Positions 18,950 through 28,139 of a stretch of DNA of 59,098 nucleotides are shown here, one piece after another. Both the position numbers and the translations under genes were made by a program. How positions within the stretch are numbered: position 1 is the first letter of the stretch; every line of letters starts with the position of its first letter. The notes beneath the pieces are model-generated. The model was not told the origin of the DNA. It worked only from the letters and a program-made list of their open reading frames with translations, and did not search any database. The stretch is from Candidatus Eiseniibacteriota bacterium (GTDB taxonomy: Bacteria > Eisenbacteria > RBG-16-71-46 > SZUA-252). Location of the stretch: assembly GCA_005893265.1 (NCBI GenBank), contig VBOX01000083.1, forward strand, positions 1 to 59,098, read 5' to 3'.

Positions 18950-21181
18950 GGGGTGGAGCCGTACTCCTCGGGGCGGATGTCGAGTTTCTTCATCTTGTAT
19001 AGCAGCGTGGTGCGTTTCATCCCGCCCAGGCTTCGCGCCGCCTCGGACTGGTTGCCGCGGTGAGCTCGGAGCGCCGTCACGATCTGCTCCCGCTCGGCCC
19101 GATCCCCGCCGCGCTGGGGCTCTGAAGCTCCAGCGGGAGCCCGAGCGGCCCGCCGCGCGGGCCGGAGCGGGATCAACTCGGCTCCGACCAAGTCCCCGTC
19201 TTGTGCGAGCGCCACCACGCGGTCGATGGTGCCCTTCAGCTCCTGCACGTTGCCGGGCCAGGTATGGCTCCGGAATTGGACCCAAACGTCCGAGGTGAAT
19301 GTGACCCGCTTTCTCGCCTGCGCGCAGGCGCAAGCGGTAGTAAAGGTCGTCCCGGAAGACGCCGCGCCGGACCAGACCCGCAAGATCGCGCGTCGAAGCT
19401 GCAACCACCCGGACGTCCACATGACGTACGCCCGCCGCGCCCACACGCCGCAACTCGCCCATCTCGATCACGCGGAGAAGCTTTGCCTGGGCGCCGACGA
19501 GAAGCTCGCTCACCTCGTCCAGGTACATCACGCCACCGTTGGCTCCCTCAAAGAGCCCCATCCGTGCCGCGCCGGTTCCGGGCCCGCTCGCGCGGTCGTG
19601 TCCGAAGAGGTCGGCATCCAGGTGGCCTTCCGGAAGCGTGGAGCAGCGACCCACGACAAAGGGCCGGTCTTTGCGATCCCCGAGCTCGTGTGCGGCGCGG
19701 GCCAAGAGCTCACGCCCGCTTCCCTTCTCGCCGAGGATGAGAATCGGGAGCCGGCTGCTCGCGGCGCGCTCCAGAATCCGGATCAGCTCCGAGATCCTCG
19801 GATCCTGGGTGACAATTCCAAAGCGGAAGCAATCGGGATCTGCGCCCTCCGGAATCAAATCCGCGCGAGCGCCTCGAACGATCGGCCTCGTCGGCGCGGG
19901 CTCGAGATCGACACCCAACACCTTCTCGATGCGCTCCACCCAACGCTCGAGGTTCATCGTCATCGCGAGGCTGCGCGCTTCCCAGAGCTGGTCGCGTGCG
20001 GAGCCGCGCTCCTCGGGATCTCTCCCCGCGAGCTGCGCCTCGCCGCTCCAGACAAGGATGCGCGTCAGCTCGTACATCGCCTCGATCTTGCGCAGGAGTT
20101 GGGCGCCTTCGCGAGCCGCGCGCAGCGCGCGCTCCCGATTCCCCAGCACCTGATGCGCCATCGCCATGACGCGGCAGGTGGCAGCCTCTTCGAAACGGTC
20201 GTTGATCCGTCGCGCGATGCGGAGACCCCGCTCGCACGTAATGAGCGCGCGATTCGGCTCGCCGATGCGAACGTGCACCTCGGCGATCCGACGGCTGAGC
20301 TCGGGGATCAAGTCGCCTTCCGGCGCAAGCTTTTCGGCGATCAGAAGCGCCTGATCGTAGAGCTCGATCGCGGACTGGTTGTCGAATTGATCGAGCGCGA
20401 TGTCCCCCAGGTACTCCAGTGCGATGACATGCTCACGTTCAAAGCCGTGCTCCTCCGCCTCCGAGAGCGCGCCACGGACATGCGATTCCGCGTCGCGCAG
20501 GTCCCCTCGGATGCGGAGTTGTTGCCCGAGGCAAAGTCGCGTCTGCACCCTGCCGCGGGAGTGCCCGCGCTCGCCGAAAAGGGAACGCGCGCGGGTAAGC
20601 TCCTGGTCCGCCTGCTCGAAACGGCCAAGCTTCGCCAGGGCGATGCTCAAATTGAGCGAGAAGTTCGCTTCCTCGTGGTAGAGCCCGGCGCCTCGTGCCT
20701 GGAGCTGGCCGCGGCCGAACTCCGCCACGGCACGCTGGATCTCGCCGGCGCCCAGGAAGCAGAGGCCGAGGAGGTTGCGGCTCCGGAGCATCCCCTGGAG
20801 GTCTTCGAAATCCCACCTGCTGATATGATACGCGGCGCGGAAATGTTCCTCCGCTCTCGAAGGCCGTCCGATCCGCCACACCGCCCAGCCCGCCGCGATG
20901 TGGTATTCAAGGATCGGCTTCTTGTCGTCTGGACGAAGCGCGTATAGCTCTTCGAGTTTCTTCTCGGCGAGGTCCGCAACCTCGCGCCACCTTCCGAGAC
21001 CGAGCAAGGCGCGGCAGCGCGCCAGAAGAACCGGATGCTCGATCTCGGGAGGCAACGGACCGCGCCCCTGGAACTCGGTGACCAGATCGAGCGCCGCGCC
21101 GAAACGGGCGTGCGCGATCAAGTCATCCAGGCGCCGCTGGAGCGTGGCGGCATCGTACTCATGTTCGTGGTCATGGATCAT
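18946..21181 (-). pseudogene. TPR-domain / sigma-54-activator-like (AAA+) / Fis-HTH regulator with reading frame disrupted between about 19312 and 19331
   Basis: Frame A (ORF 18911..21181) gives about 440 aa of TPR-like helical repeats plus an AAA+ core (ILILGEKGSGRELL, VMYLDEV, AKLLRVIE, VRVVAASTRDL, DLYYRL), then turns into Arg/Gly/Pro-rich junk. The conserved continuation lies in another frame (ORF 18946..19446): KRVTFTSDVWVQFRSHTWPGNVQELK...EREQIVTALRAHRGNQSEAARSLGGMKRTTLLYKMKKLDI. Confidence 0.7.
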
Positions 21182-21189
21182 GAGCTTGT

Positions 21190-21214
21190 GGGAGCGGGCT
21201 TTACGCCCGCTCCC
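21190..21214. other. perfect 10-bp GC-rich inverted repeat (GGGAGCGGGC-tttac-GCCCGCTCCC)
   Basis: Read directly. It lies between the stop of the small secreted-protein gene (21239) and the ATG of the TPR/EBP-like gene (21181), ending 8 nt before that ATG. No flanking U-tract on either strand. Confidence 0.6.
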
Positions 21215-21238
21215 CTATCGTTCGCTCCTTCACGCCGC

Positions 21239-21568
21239 CTAGCGGATGCCGAGGCGGACCAAAATGCGGAAATAGAGACTCCAGCGGCCCGTTGAATCGA
21301 ACCCACCGTGGCGCATCGTCAGCGCGCCCTTCCCCTGACCCAATCCCTCCACGCCGAGTCTCGCCGCCGCACGCGGGGACGGTTTCGGTGTCGGGCTCGG
21401 AAGGTCCTCGCCTGTCGGATCGCCGGAGTAGGGTTCGCCATCCGGCCCACCCGTGCCAACCGGTCTGGCTAGCGCCTGCGATGGCTCGAGAGAGGTTCCG
21501 TAAGCGAGAACCGCCAGCAAGCCGAGAAGGAACCCGATGCGAATCAGCCGGGTGCGAAACGTCACCAT
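21239..21568 (-). CDS. hypothetical small secreted protein
   Basis: ORF 21239..21646 trimmed to MVTFRTRLIRIGFLLGLLAVLAYG (signal-peptide-like). A Pro/Gly-rich middle follows, then C-terminal GRWSLYFRILVRLGIR. No recognisable family. Codon third-position GC is compatible with coding. Confidence 0.45.
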   Translation of the reverse strand: MVTFRTRLIRIGFLLGLLAVLAYGTSLEPSQALARPVGTGGPDGEPYSGDPTGEDLPSPTPKPSPRAAARLGVEGLGQGKGALTMRHGGFDSTGRWSLYFRILVRLGIR

Positions 21569-21931
21569 CGGCGCCACCCCCGTGATTCCGGCCCGTGCGT
21601 GTCCTTGCTGGGGAGGGGATTCCCCGGAACCATGTGATCGACCCATAATGGACGCTCCCGAGCGTTTGACGATTCCTCGTCGCGCTCTCTTCGGACGGAA
21701 TGAACGATTGGGGACTTTGGCGGGGGGAATTCCAAGGACGGAGTGTCGACCGACACCGCCGCCCGGTAATGATCTCTACAGGCTGGAGCCATGCGCACCC
21801 TTCCTTTGGGCAGGCGAACCGGCTACCTTGGAAAAACTATCACATGCGGCGAAGAAAATCAAGCGTAAAGGGGCCTCAGGGCATCAATTCGGGCGCCGAT
21901 CGCATGCCCTCGAGCCACGAGCCTGAATGCA

Positions 21932-21940
21932 TGCTATAAT
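21932..21940 (+). promoter_or_regulatory. extended -10 promoter element (TGcTATAAT) for the diguanylate cyclase gene
   Basis: TG at 21932-21933 and a perfect TATAAT at 21935-21940, in a locally AT-richer stretch 62 nt upstream of the ATG at 22002. No good -35. Confidence 0.4.
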
Positions 21941-22001
21941 TAGGCTAATTCTTGCACACTATTCCCGATCACCATCGCGCCGCACCTCGAGACCGTAGGG
22001 A

Positions 22002-23456
22002 ATGAACGAATCCCAGCGTATCCGTACGGCAATTTTCTCCTCGCTACGCCTCCATGAAGAATCCCCCTTGGAGGGAAAGCGCCCGATCGACCTTGCGCTC
22101 GGGGACCTCGACGCGGGCCGCCGGGACGAGATCACGTACGAGATCGCGGAGCGGCTGATCGAAGCCGGCCTCCTCGAGAGCGTCGATCGCTTTCAGCGGG
22201 ACGGAAAGGCTTACGTCCGCTACCGCACGCCGGGGACCGGCGAATCGTTCCTGCTCCCTGCGGCGGAGAAGCGAACCGAGGACGAGAAGCTAGTCCGGGC
22301 TTCGAAGCCCCACTGGCACGCCCGGAGCCGCCTTCTGTACCGGGTGATCTCGCATCTGATCGCGGTGGAGCGGAAGCTTTTCGCCCGCGACGAGCGCAAC
22401 GCGGAATACCTCCAGACGGACCCCGCCGATATCCTTCGCACGATCCAGCAGTCCGCCATGCAGATCCTCGAATGCGACGACACGCGCCTCTATTCACTCG
22501 CGCACGGTTTCGACACCCGCTACGCGCAGCCTGTGAGCGAGGGGGAACCGTGGAACCGAACGATCGCCGAAAACTGGGTCGGCCGCCGCGCGCTTCCGGT
22601 CTACATCGACGACCTAGCGCAGCCGGGTTACGCGCGTGTCATGATCGACGCGGAATCGATGGACGCGACCATGCACGTCGCGATCGCCCCGTACGTGGGG
22701 CAGAGTCCTCCCGAGGGCTTTCGCTCGCTCGCGATGGCGCGGGTCGGCGAGCCGGGCACGCCGTTCCTGTACGTCCTGGAGGCGTGGAGCCGGACGCCCG
22801 AATTCTTCTCCGACGAGAGGATGGGGCTCTTGAACGTGGTCGCCGAGCACGCGACCGACCTCCTCGTGACGCTCAAGAAGCTCGGCATGCTCGTGATGAT
22901 CGACGAGCTGACCGGCGTCTACAACCGGCCTTATTTTGGCCGCCAGCTCGACCGCGAGATCGCCCGCGCCTATCGCGAAGGCCGTCCGATGTCGCTCGTG
23001 ATTGGCGATCTGGACAATTTCAAGCAGCTGAACGACCTCTACGGTTACGAGGCGGGAAACGCCGTGCTTCGAGAGGTATCCCAAACGCTCGCATCGAGCG
23101 TGAGACCCTTCGATACGGTGGCACGGTGGGGGGGCGAGGAATTCGCGCTCATCCTAAGCGCCGAGACCACCCCGACCGAGGCGCGCGACATCTGCGAGCG
23201 GTTGCGGCTCAAGATTGAGAACCTCGCGATCGTGGTCCCCACGATGGAGGGACGTGAGAATGCGGTCCGGGTCACGATGAGCCTCGGAGGCGCCATGTTC
23301 CCCGCGGACGTCGGGCTCGGCGTGGATCGTACGCGGGGGTTGGATGCGGTTGGGCGCGAGAAAATTTCCCACGAGCTCTGGAACCGGGCAAACGTCAACC
23401 TGCGCCAGGCAAAATCGCTCGGAAAAAACCGGGTGGTGTACGGAGAGGGCGCCTAG
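22002..23456 (+). CDS. diguanylate cyclase (putative wHTH - GAF-like - GGDEF)
   Basis: 484 aa. GGDEF domain LTGVYNRPYFGRQLDREI...DLDNFKQLND...RWGGEEFALIL, with an RxxD I-site (RPFD) 5 residues before GGEEF. The N-terminal ITYEIAERLIEAGLLESVDRFQRDGKAYVRYRT looks like a winged helix (inference). This is the only plus-strand gene in the window. Confidence 0.9.
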   Translation: MNESQRIRTAIFSSLRLHEESPLEGKRPIDLALGDLDAGRRDEITYEIAERLIEAGLLESVDRFQRDGKAYVRYRTPGTGESFLLPAAEKRTEDEKLVRASKPHWHARSRLLYRVISHLIAVERKLFARDERNAEYLQTDPADILRTIQQSAMQILECDDTRLYSLAHGFDTRYAQPVSEGEPWNRTIAENWVGRRALPVYIDDLAQPGYARVMIDAESMDATMHVAIAPYVGQSPPEGFRSLAMARVGEPGTPFLYVLEAWSRTPEFFSDERMGLLNVVAEHATDLLVTLKKLGMLVMIDELTGVYNRPYFGRQLDREIARAYREGRPMSLVIGDLDNFKQLNDLYGYEAGNAVLREVSQTLASSVRPFDTVARWGGEEFALILSAETTPTEARDICERLRLKIENLAIVVPTMEGRENAVRVTMSLGGAMFPADVGLGVDRTRGLDAVGREKISHELWNRANVNLRQAKSLGKNRVVYGEGA

Positions 23457-23476
23457 CCCCTCCGAGCCGTGACCGT

Positions 23477-24415
23477 CTAAGGGGTGACGAGCGCCCGCGA
23501 GAACTCGCCGGCCTCGAAGGGGACGAGATCCTCCAGGCCCTCCCCGACGCCCAGCCAGCGGATGGGGAGACCGAGCGTATCGGTGATGGCAAGCACCACG
23601 CCCCCCTTGGCGCTCCCGTCGAGCTTCGTGAGCACGAGCCCGGTGATACCCAGCGCCTCATGGAACTCGCGCGCCTGATTGAGTCCGTTCTGCCCCGTCG
23701 TCGCGTCGAGCACGAGGAGCACCTCGTGCGGCGCCCCCGGAACCTGCTGCTCGATCACCCGCCGAATCTTCTTCACCTCTTCCATGAGGTTGACCTTCAC
23801 GTGGAGCCTTCCCGCGGTATCGACCAAGACGCGCGCGACGCCGCGGCTTTTCGCGCGGGCCATGCCGTCAAAGGCGACCGCGGCGGGATCCGCCCCCGGC
23901 TTCTGTTGCACGATCTCCGCGCCGGCGCGCGCCGCCCAGACCCCGAGCTGATCCGCCGCCGCGGCCCGGAAGGTATCGCACGCGACGAGAAGGACCGAGT
24001 CGCCGGCCTCCTTGAAGCGGCTCGCGAGCTTGGCGATGCTCGTCGTCTTGCCGGATCCGTTGACGCCCACGACGAGGATCACATGGGGAATCGCGGGGCG
24101 GGACTTGGCTCCAAGAAGGCGGCCAGGCCCCTCGCCAGACGCATCGCGCCCCACCGCCAGCACCGCCTCGATCTCCTGCCGTAAGGCATCCTGTGCATCG
24201 GCACTGAACGAAGGATCCCCGAGCCTCCGCCTCACTCCGTCGAGGATCTTATCCGTCGTGGCGGGACCGACGTCGGCCCGCAGGAGGGCGGCCTCGAGCA
24301 CCTCGAAATCCTCCGCGCTCAGGTCCCGGCCGCGCTGGAGCACGGCGGTCACCTGCCCGAGGAGCGCGTCGCGGGTTTTCTTGAGGCCTTGGGTGATCTT
24401 CTCGAAGAACGGCAC
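23477..24415 (-). CDS. ftsY: signal recognition particle receptor FtsY (short form, no acidic A domain)
   Basis: 312 aa. NG domain VILVVGVNGSGKTTSIAKLA, DTAGRLH, and LTKLDGSAKGG. Confidence 0.95.
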   Translation of the reverse strand: MPFFEKITQGLKKTRDALLGQVTAVLQRGRDLSAEDFEVLEAALLRADVGPATTDKILDGVRRRLGDPSFSADAQDALRQEIEAVLAVGRDASGEGPGRLLGAKSRPAIPHVILVVGVNGSGKTTSIAKLASRFKEAGDSVLLVACDTFRAAAADQLGVWAARAGAEIVQQKPGADPAAVAFDGMARAKSRGVARVLVDTAGRLHVKVNLMEEVKKIRRVIEQQVPGAPHEVLLVLDATTGQNGLNQAREFHEALGITGLVLTKLDGSAKGGVVLAITDTLGLPIRWLGVGEGLEDLVPFEAGEFSRALVTP

Positions 24416-24425
24416 GACCGCGGGT

Positions 24426-27400
24426 CTACGTCTCGACCGGCGCCAGCTCCTGCTCTTCTTGGGGCTCGGATTCCGGAGGCGGCTCGGTGTTCCAGCGGAC
24501 GGAGACCAGCTTCGACACGCCCGGCTCTTCCATCGTGACGCCGTAGAGGCAGTCCGCGACCTCCATGGTCTTCTTGTTGTGGGTCACGACGATGAACTGG
24601 GTGTTCTGGCTGAACTCCCGAAGCAGGAGGACGAAGCGATCGATGTTGGCGTCGTCGAGCGGCGCGTCCACCTCGTCGAGGATGCAGAAGGGGCTCGGCT
24701 TGACCAGGTAGATCGCGAAGAGGAGGGCGATCGCGGTGAGAGCCTTCTCGCCGCCCGAGAGGAGCGAAAGCGACTGCGGCTTCTTGCCGCGCGGGCGAGC
24801 CAGGATCTCGATCTCGGCCTCGAGCGGATCGTCCCCGCTCAGGGTAAGGGCGGCCTCGCCTCCTTCGAAAAGCGTGCGGAATACCTTTTGGAAGTTCTCG
24901 TTCACCTCACGGAACGTCTTCTGGAACAGTTCGGAAGCGGTCAGGTTGATTTTCTGGATCGCCTCGAGGAGCGACTGGCGGGCCTCCTCGAGGTCCTTGC
25001 GCTGGCTGGTGAGGAAGGAAAGGCGTTGCCGCCGCTCCTCATAGTCCTGCATGGCGAGAAGATTGACCGGTCCGAGCGAGCGGAGCTTTTCCTGCAAGAG
25101 ACGCAGGTGCTCGCGTCGCTCCTGGCGTGAAGCGGGGGTCCCTTCGACCGCACGGGACACGATCGCTTCGTCCGGCACCTGACCCTCCTCCGCCTCGAAA
25201 TCCACATCCTCGATTTCAGCCAGGGGCCCCGCCTCGGCGATCGCTACCGACGGTGCGGTCCAGGTCGCGAGGTCCACCTCGTACTCGTTCCGAACGCGCT
25301 CGAGCAGGACCCGCATTTCCGATTCGGATTCGGCGTGCTCCAGCTCCGCCCGGTGCAGCCGTTCGGTCAGCTCGTTCAGCTCCCGGCGGTGCTCGCGTGC
25401 CTTCGCCTCGAGATCGTCGGCCGTTCCCTTCACTCCCCCAAACCCCTCACGGGCGGCCTGGACGGCCCGGTCCTTTTCCGCCTTGAGGGCGATCTCCGCT
25501 TCCAGCTCCTTCTCCTTCAGAGCGCTCTCCTCGTGCGCTTCGCGGATCCGCCGATCCGTCTCGGTCGCTTCCTCGCTCCGCACGCGAATCTCACGCTCCG
25601 CTTCCTGCGCGCTCTGCCTGATCCGCTCGATCTCGCCAAGACTTGATTCGAAGGCGGTCTGGGCGCGGGTCGTCTCGATGCGCAGGTCCGCGTGTTGCGT
25701 GCCAAGGCGATCGCGTTCCAGCTCCAGCTCCCGCACCTGAGCCTCCTCGCGCGCCAGGTCGCCCTCCAGACGGCCCTGCTCTTCATCCGAGGACTTGAGC
25801 GCGAGCCCGACGATCTCACCCTCGGCGAGCGCCACTTTGAGCTCCGATTCGACAGACTCGAGCGCGGTCTGCAGGGCCGCTCGGGCGCGCGCGATGGCGT
25901 CTTTTCGGATCTGGTGCTCCGCGCGCTTGGCCTCCTCGGCACGCCGGGCTTCCTCGGTCTCCCGAAGCTCGCGGTTGGCATCCTCGAGCGCCGCCTGCGC
26001 CTCGACCCGCCCTCCCCTCAGCGTTTCCGTGAGCGTCAGCGTTTTCCGGAGCTCGGCGGAGGATCGCTCGATTTCCTTTTCAAGCCGCTCCAGCTCCTCT
26101 TCCCGACGCAGAACCGAGCCGGCACGCGTGGGTCCCCCTCCGCCCTGGTAGATGCCCGGGCCCCGGACGTGCTCCCCGTGGCGCGTCACGAAATGCAGCC
26201 TGAGCTCGCGATGCTGGTCCAGGAGCTTCAGCCCGACCTCGATCGAATCTACGACCACCACCCCCGAGAGAAGGAAGGAGGCAAGCGCCACGAATCCCGG
26301 CTCGAACCGGACGTGCTCGAGCAGCAATCCGTGAACGCCGGGCGCCCCGAGCACCTTCTCCGGAACTTCGGCCGCGCGGGCCCAGGAGAGCCGGTCCAGC
26401 GCGATGAATGTCGCGCGGCCTCCTCCGCCCGATTCGAGGGCCTTGAGCGCCTTGAGCGCCGCGTCCGTGCGCTCCGCGACGATGAACTGGACCGCCTCGC
26501 CGAGGGAGGCTTCGAGCGCTGCAAGCCAGTCTCCCGAGGCGTGCAACACGTCGCCGACTGTTCCCAGGATCCGTGCAGCGCGCGTGGGCCCGGCCAGGAG
26601 CGACCGGACGCTTTCGTCGTATCCCTCGTAGCGGTCCTTGAGCTCGCGGAGCGTCGCGCGACGCGATTCGAGCGCGGCGAAGTCCTCACGCGCCCGCTTT
26701 TCGGACTCGTCGTGGAGGCGGATCTGCTCCTCGATCTCGGCGACCGCGCGGGTTTCACTCTCGACGCGGGCGCGCGCCCGCTCGACCTCCGCGATCGAGG
26801 AATCCGCCGCGCGGCCGATCGCCGCGAGCGAATCGGCGAGCTCCTGCTCCTCCCGCTCCATTCCGGCGGACTCCGCCAGGAGCTGCCCTTTCTTCTGGGT
26901 CAGCTCCGCCTGCTTCGCGGCCCAGTTCTCGGCGGCGCTCTGCTGCTTCACACGCGTCTGGAACAGATCCAGCGAGAGCTGCTTCCGCTGCCGCAGCGCC
27001 TCGCGCCGTTCCTCGAGCTGCGGGAGCATTTTCCCAATCGCCGCTTCCAACCCACCGAGCGCGCGTTCTTTCTCGGCCTGGGCCGTAGCGAGCCGCGTCC
27101 GCTCCTCTTCGAGTCCTTGTTTCGCCCGGCTCAGCTCTTCGAGGCTCGCGCTGAGACGGACCCCCTCCGAGCGCGCGTGCTCCAGCTTCTCGAGCAGCCC
27201 CGCGCGTCGCTCCCTGAGCACGGCGACCTCATTCAGGAGCGCGGCTCCGCGCGCCTCACGTTCGTCCAGCTCTTCCTGCGCGAGACGCACCTCGGACTCG
27301 CGCTTCAAGAGCTCGAGCTTGAGCTGCTCCAGCTCCGCCTCATGCCGCGCGAGGATGCCGGCGATGGCGCCCCGGCGGTCTTCGGCCTTGCCCCGCTGCT

Positions 27401-28136
27401 CCTGAAGCGCGCCCCCGGTACCCGCGAGGCGCTCCAAGTCCTCCTTGGCGAGTCCCAGATCCAGCGTCTTGATCTCCTCGCGCAGACGATTGAACCGCCG
27501 GGCCTTCCCCACCTGCCGCGCAAGCGACCGGACCTCGCGTTCGATCTCCGTGACCACGTCGTTCACGCGCGTCAGGTCCGCGAGGGTCAAGTCCAGCTTT
27601 TGGAGCGCCTCCTTCTTTCGGGTCTTGTAGCGCATGATTCCCGCCGCCTCTTCGAACAGGAACCGCCGGTGGCCGCTCTCGTCCGACAAGACGTTGTCGA
27701 CCATCCCGCGCTCGATGAGGGAATACGCGTGGGAGCCCATCCCGGTGTCGAGAAAGAGGTCGCGAAGGTCACGGAGACGGCAGGGCTTTCTATTGATGAA
27801 ATACTCGCTCTGTCCGTTACGGAAGGTGCGGCGTGAGATCGCGATCTCCGTGTATTCGACGGGCAGAACGCCGCGGTTGTTGAACATCGTGAGCGAAACC
27901 TCGGCCATGCCGAGAGGTTTTCGCTGCGCGGAGCCTGTGAAAATCACGTCCTCGAGAGTGTCTCCGCGGAGGTGCCTCATGTTCTGCTCGCCCAGCACCC
28001 AGCGGATCGCTTCGACGATGTTGGTCTTTCCGCTCCCGTTCGGACCCACGACCGACGTGATCCCGGGACCAAAATCGACCCGGATTCGCTGCAGAAAGGA
28101 CTTGAAGCCCTGGATGTCGAGGCGTTTCAGGAACAC
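24426..28136 (-). CDS. smc: chromosome segregation protein SMC
   Basis: 1236 aa. Walker A head FKSF...VVGPNGSGKTNIVEAIRWVLGEQ, long coiled coils, hinge, C-terminal LSGGEKALTAIALLFAI and ILDEVDAPLD. Confidence 0.97.
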   Translation of the reverse strand: MFLKRLDIQGFKSFLQRIRVDFGPGITSVVGPNGSGKTNIVEAIRWVLGEQNMRHLRGDTLEDVIFTGSAQRKPLGMAEVSLTMFNNRGVLPVEYTEIAISRRTFRNGQSEYFINRKPCRLRDLRDLFLDTGMGSHAYSLIERGMVDNVLSDESGHRRFLFEEAAGIMRYKTRKKEALQKLDLTLADLTRVNDVVTEIEREVRSLARQVGKARRFNRLREEIKTLDLGLAKEDLERLAGTGGALQEQRGKAEDRRGAIAGILARHEAELEQLKLELLKRESEVRLAQEELDEREARGAALLNEVAVLRERRAGLLEKLEHARSEGVRLSASLEELSRAKQGLEEERTRLATAQAEKERALGGLEAAIGKMLPQLEERREALRQRKQLSLDLFQTRVKQQSAAENWAAKQAELTQKKGQLLAESAGMEREEQELADSLAAIGRAADSSIAEVERARARVESETRAVAEIEEQIRLHDESEKRAREDFAALESRRATLRELKDRYEGYDESVRSLLAGPTRAARILGTVGDVLHASGDWLAALEASLGEAVQFIVAERTDAALKALKALESGGGGRATFIALDRLSWARAAEVPEKVLGAPGVHGLLLEHVRFEPGFVALASFLLSGVVVVDSIEVGLKLLDQHRELRLHFVTRHGEHVRGPGIYQGGGGPTRAGSVLRREEELERLEKEIERSSAELRKTLTLTETLRGGRVEAQAALEDANRELRETEEARRAEEAKRAEHQIRKDAIARARAALQTALESVESELKVALAEGEIVGLALKSSDEEQGRLEGDLAREEAQVRELELERDRLGTQHADLRIETTRAQTAFESSLGEIERIRQSAQEAEREIRVRSEEATETDRRIREAHEESALKEKELEAEIALKAEKDRAVQAAREGFGGVKGTADDLEAKAREHRRELNELTERLHRAELEHAESESEMRVLLERVRNEYEVDLATWTAPSVAIAEAGPLAEIEDVDFEAEEGQVPDEAIVSRAVEGTPASRQERREHLRLLQEKLRSLGPVNLLAMQDYEERRQRLSFLTSQRKDLEEARQSLLEAIQKINLTASELFQKTFREVNENFQKVFRTLFEGGEAALTLSGDDPLEAEIEILARPRGKKPQSLSLLSGGEKALTAIALLFAIYLVKPSPFCILDEVDAPLDDANIDRFVLLLREFSQNTQFIVVTHNKKTMEVADCLYGVTMEEPGVSKLVSVRWNTEPPPESEPQEEQELAPVET

Positions 28137-28139
28137 GGT

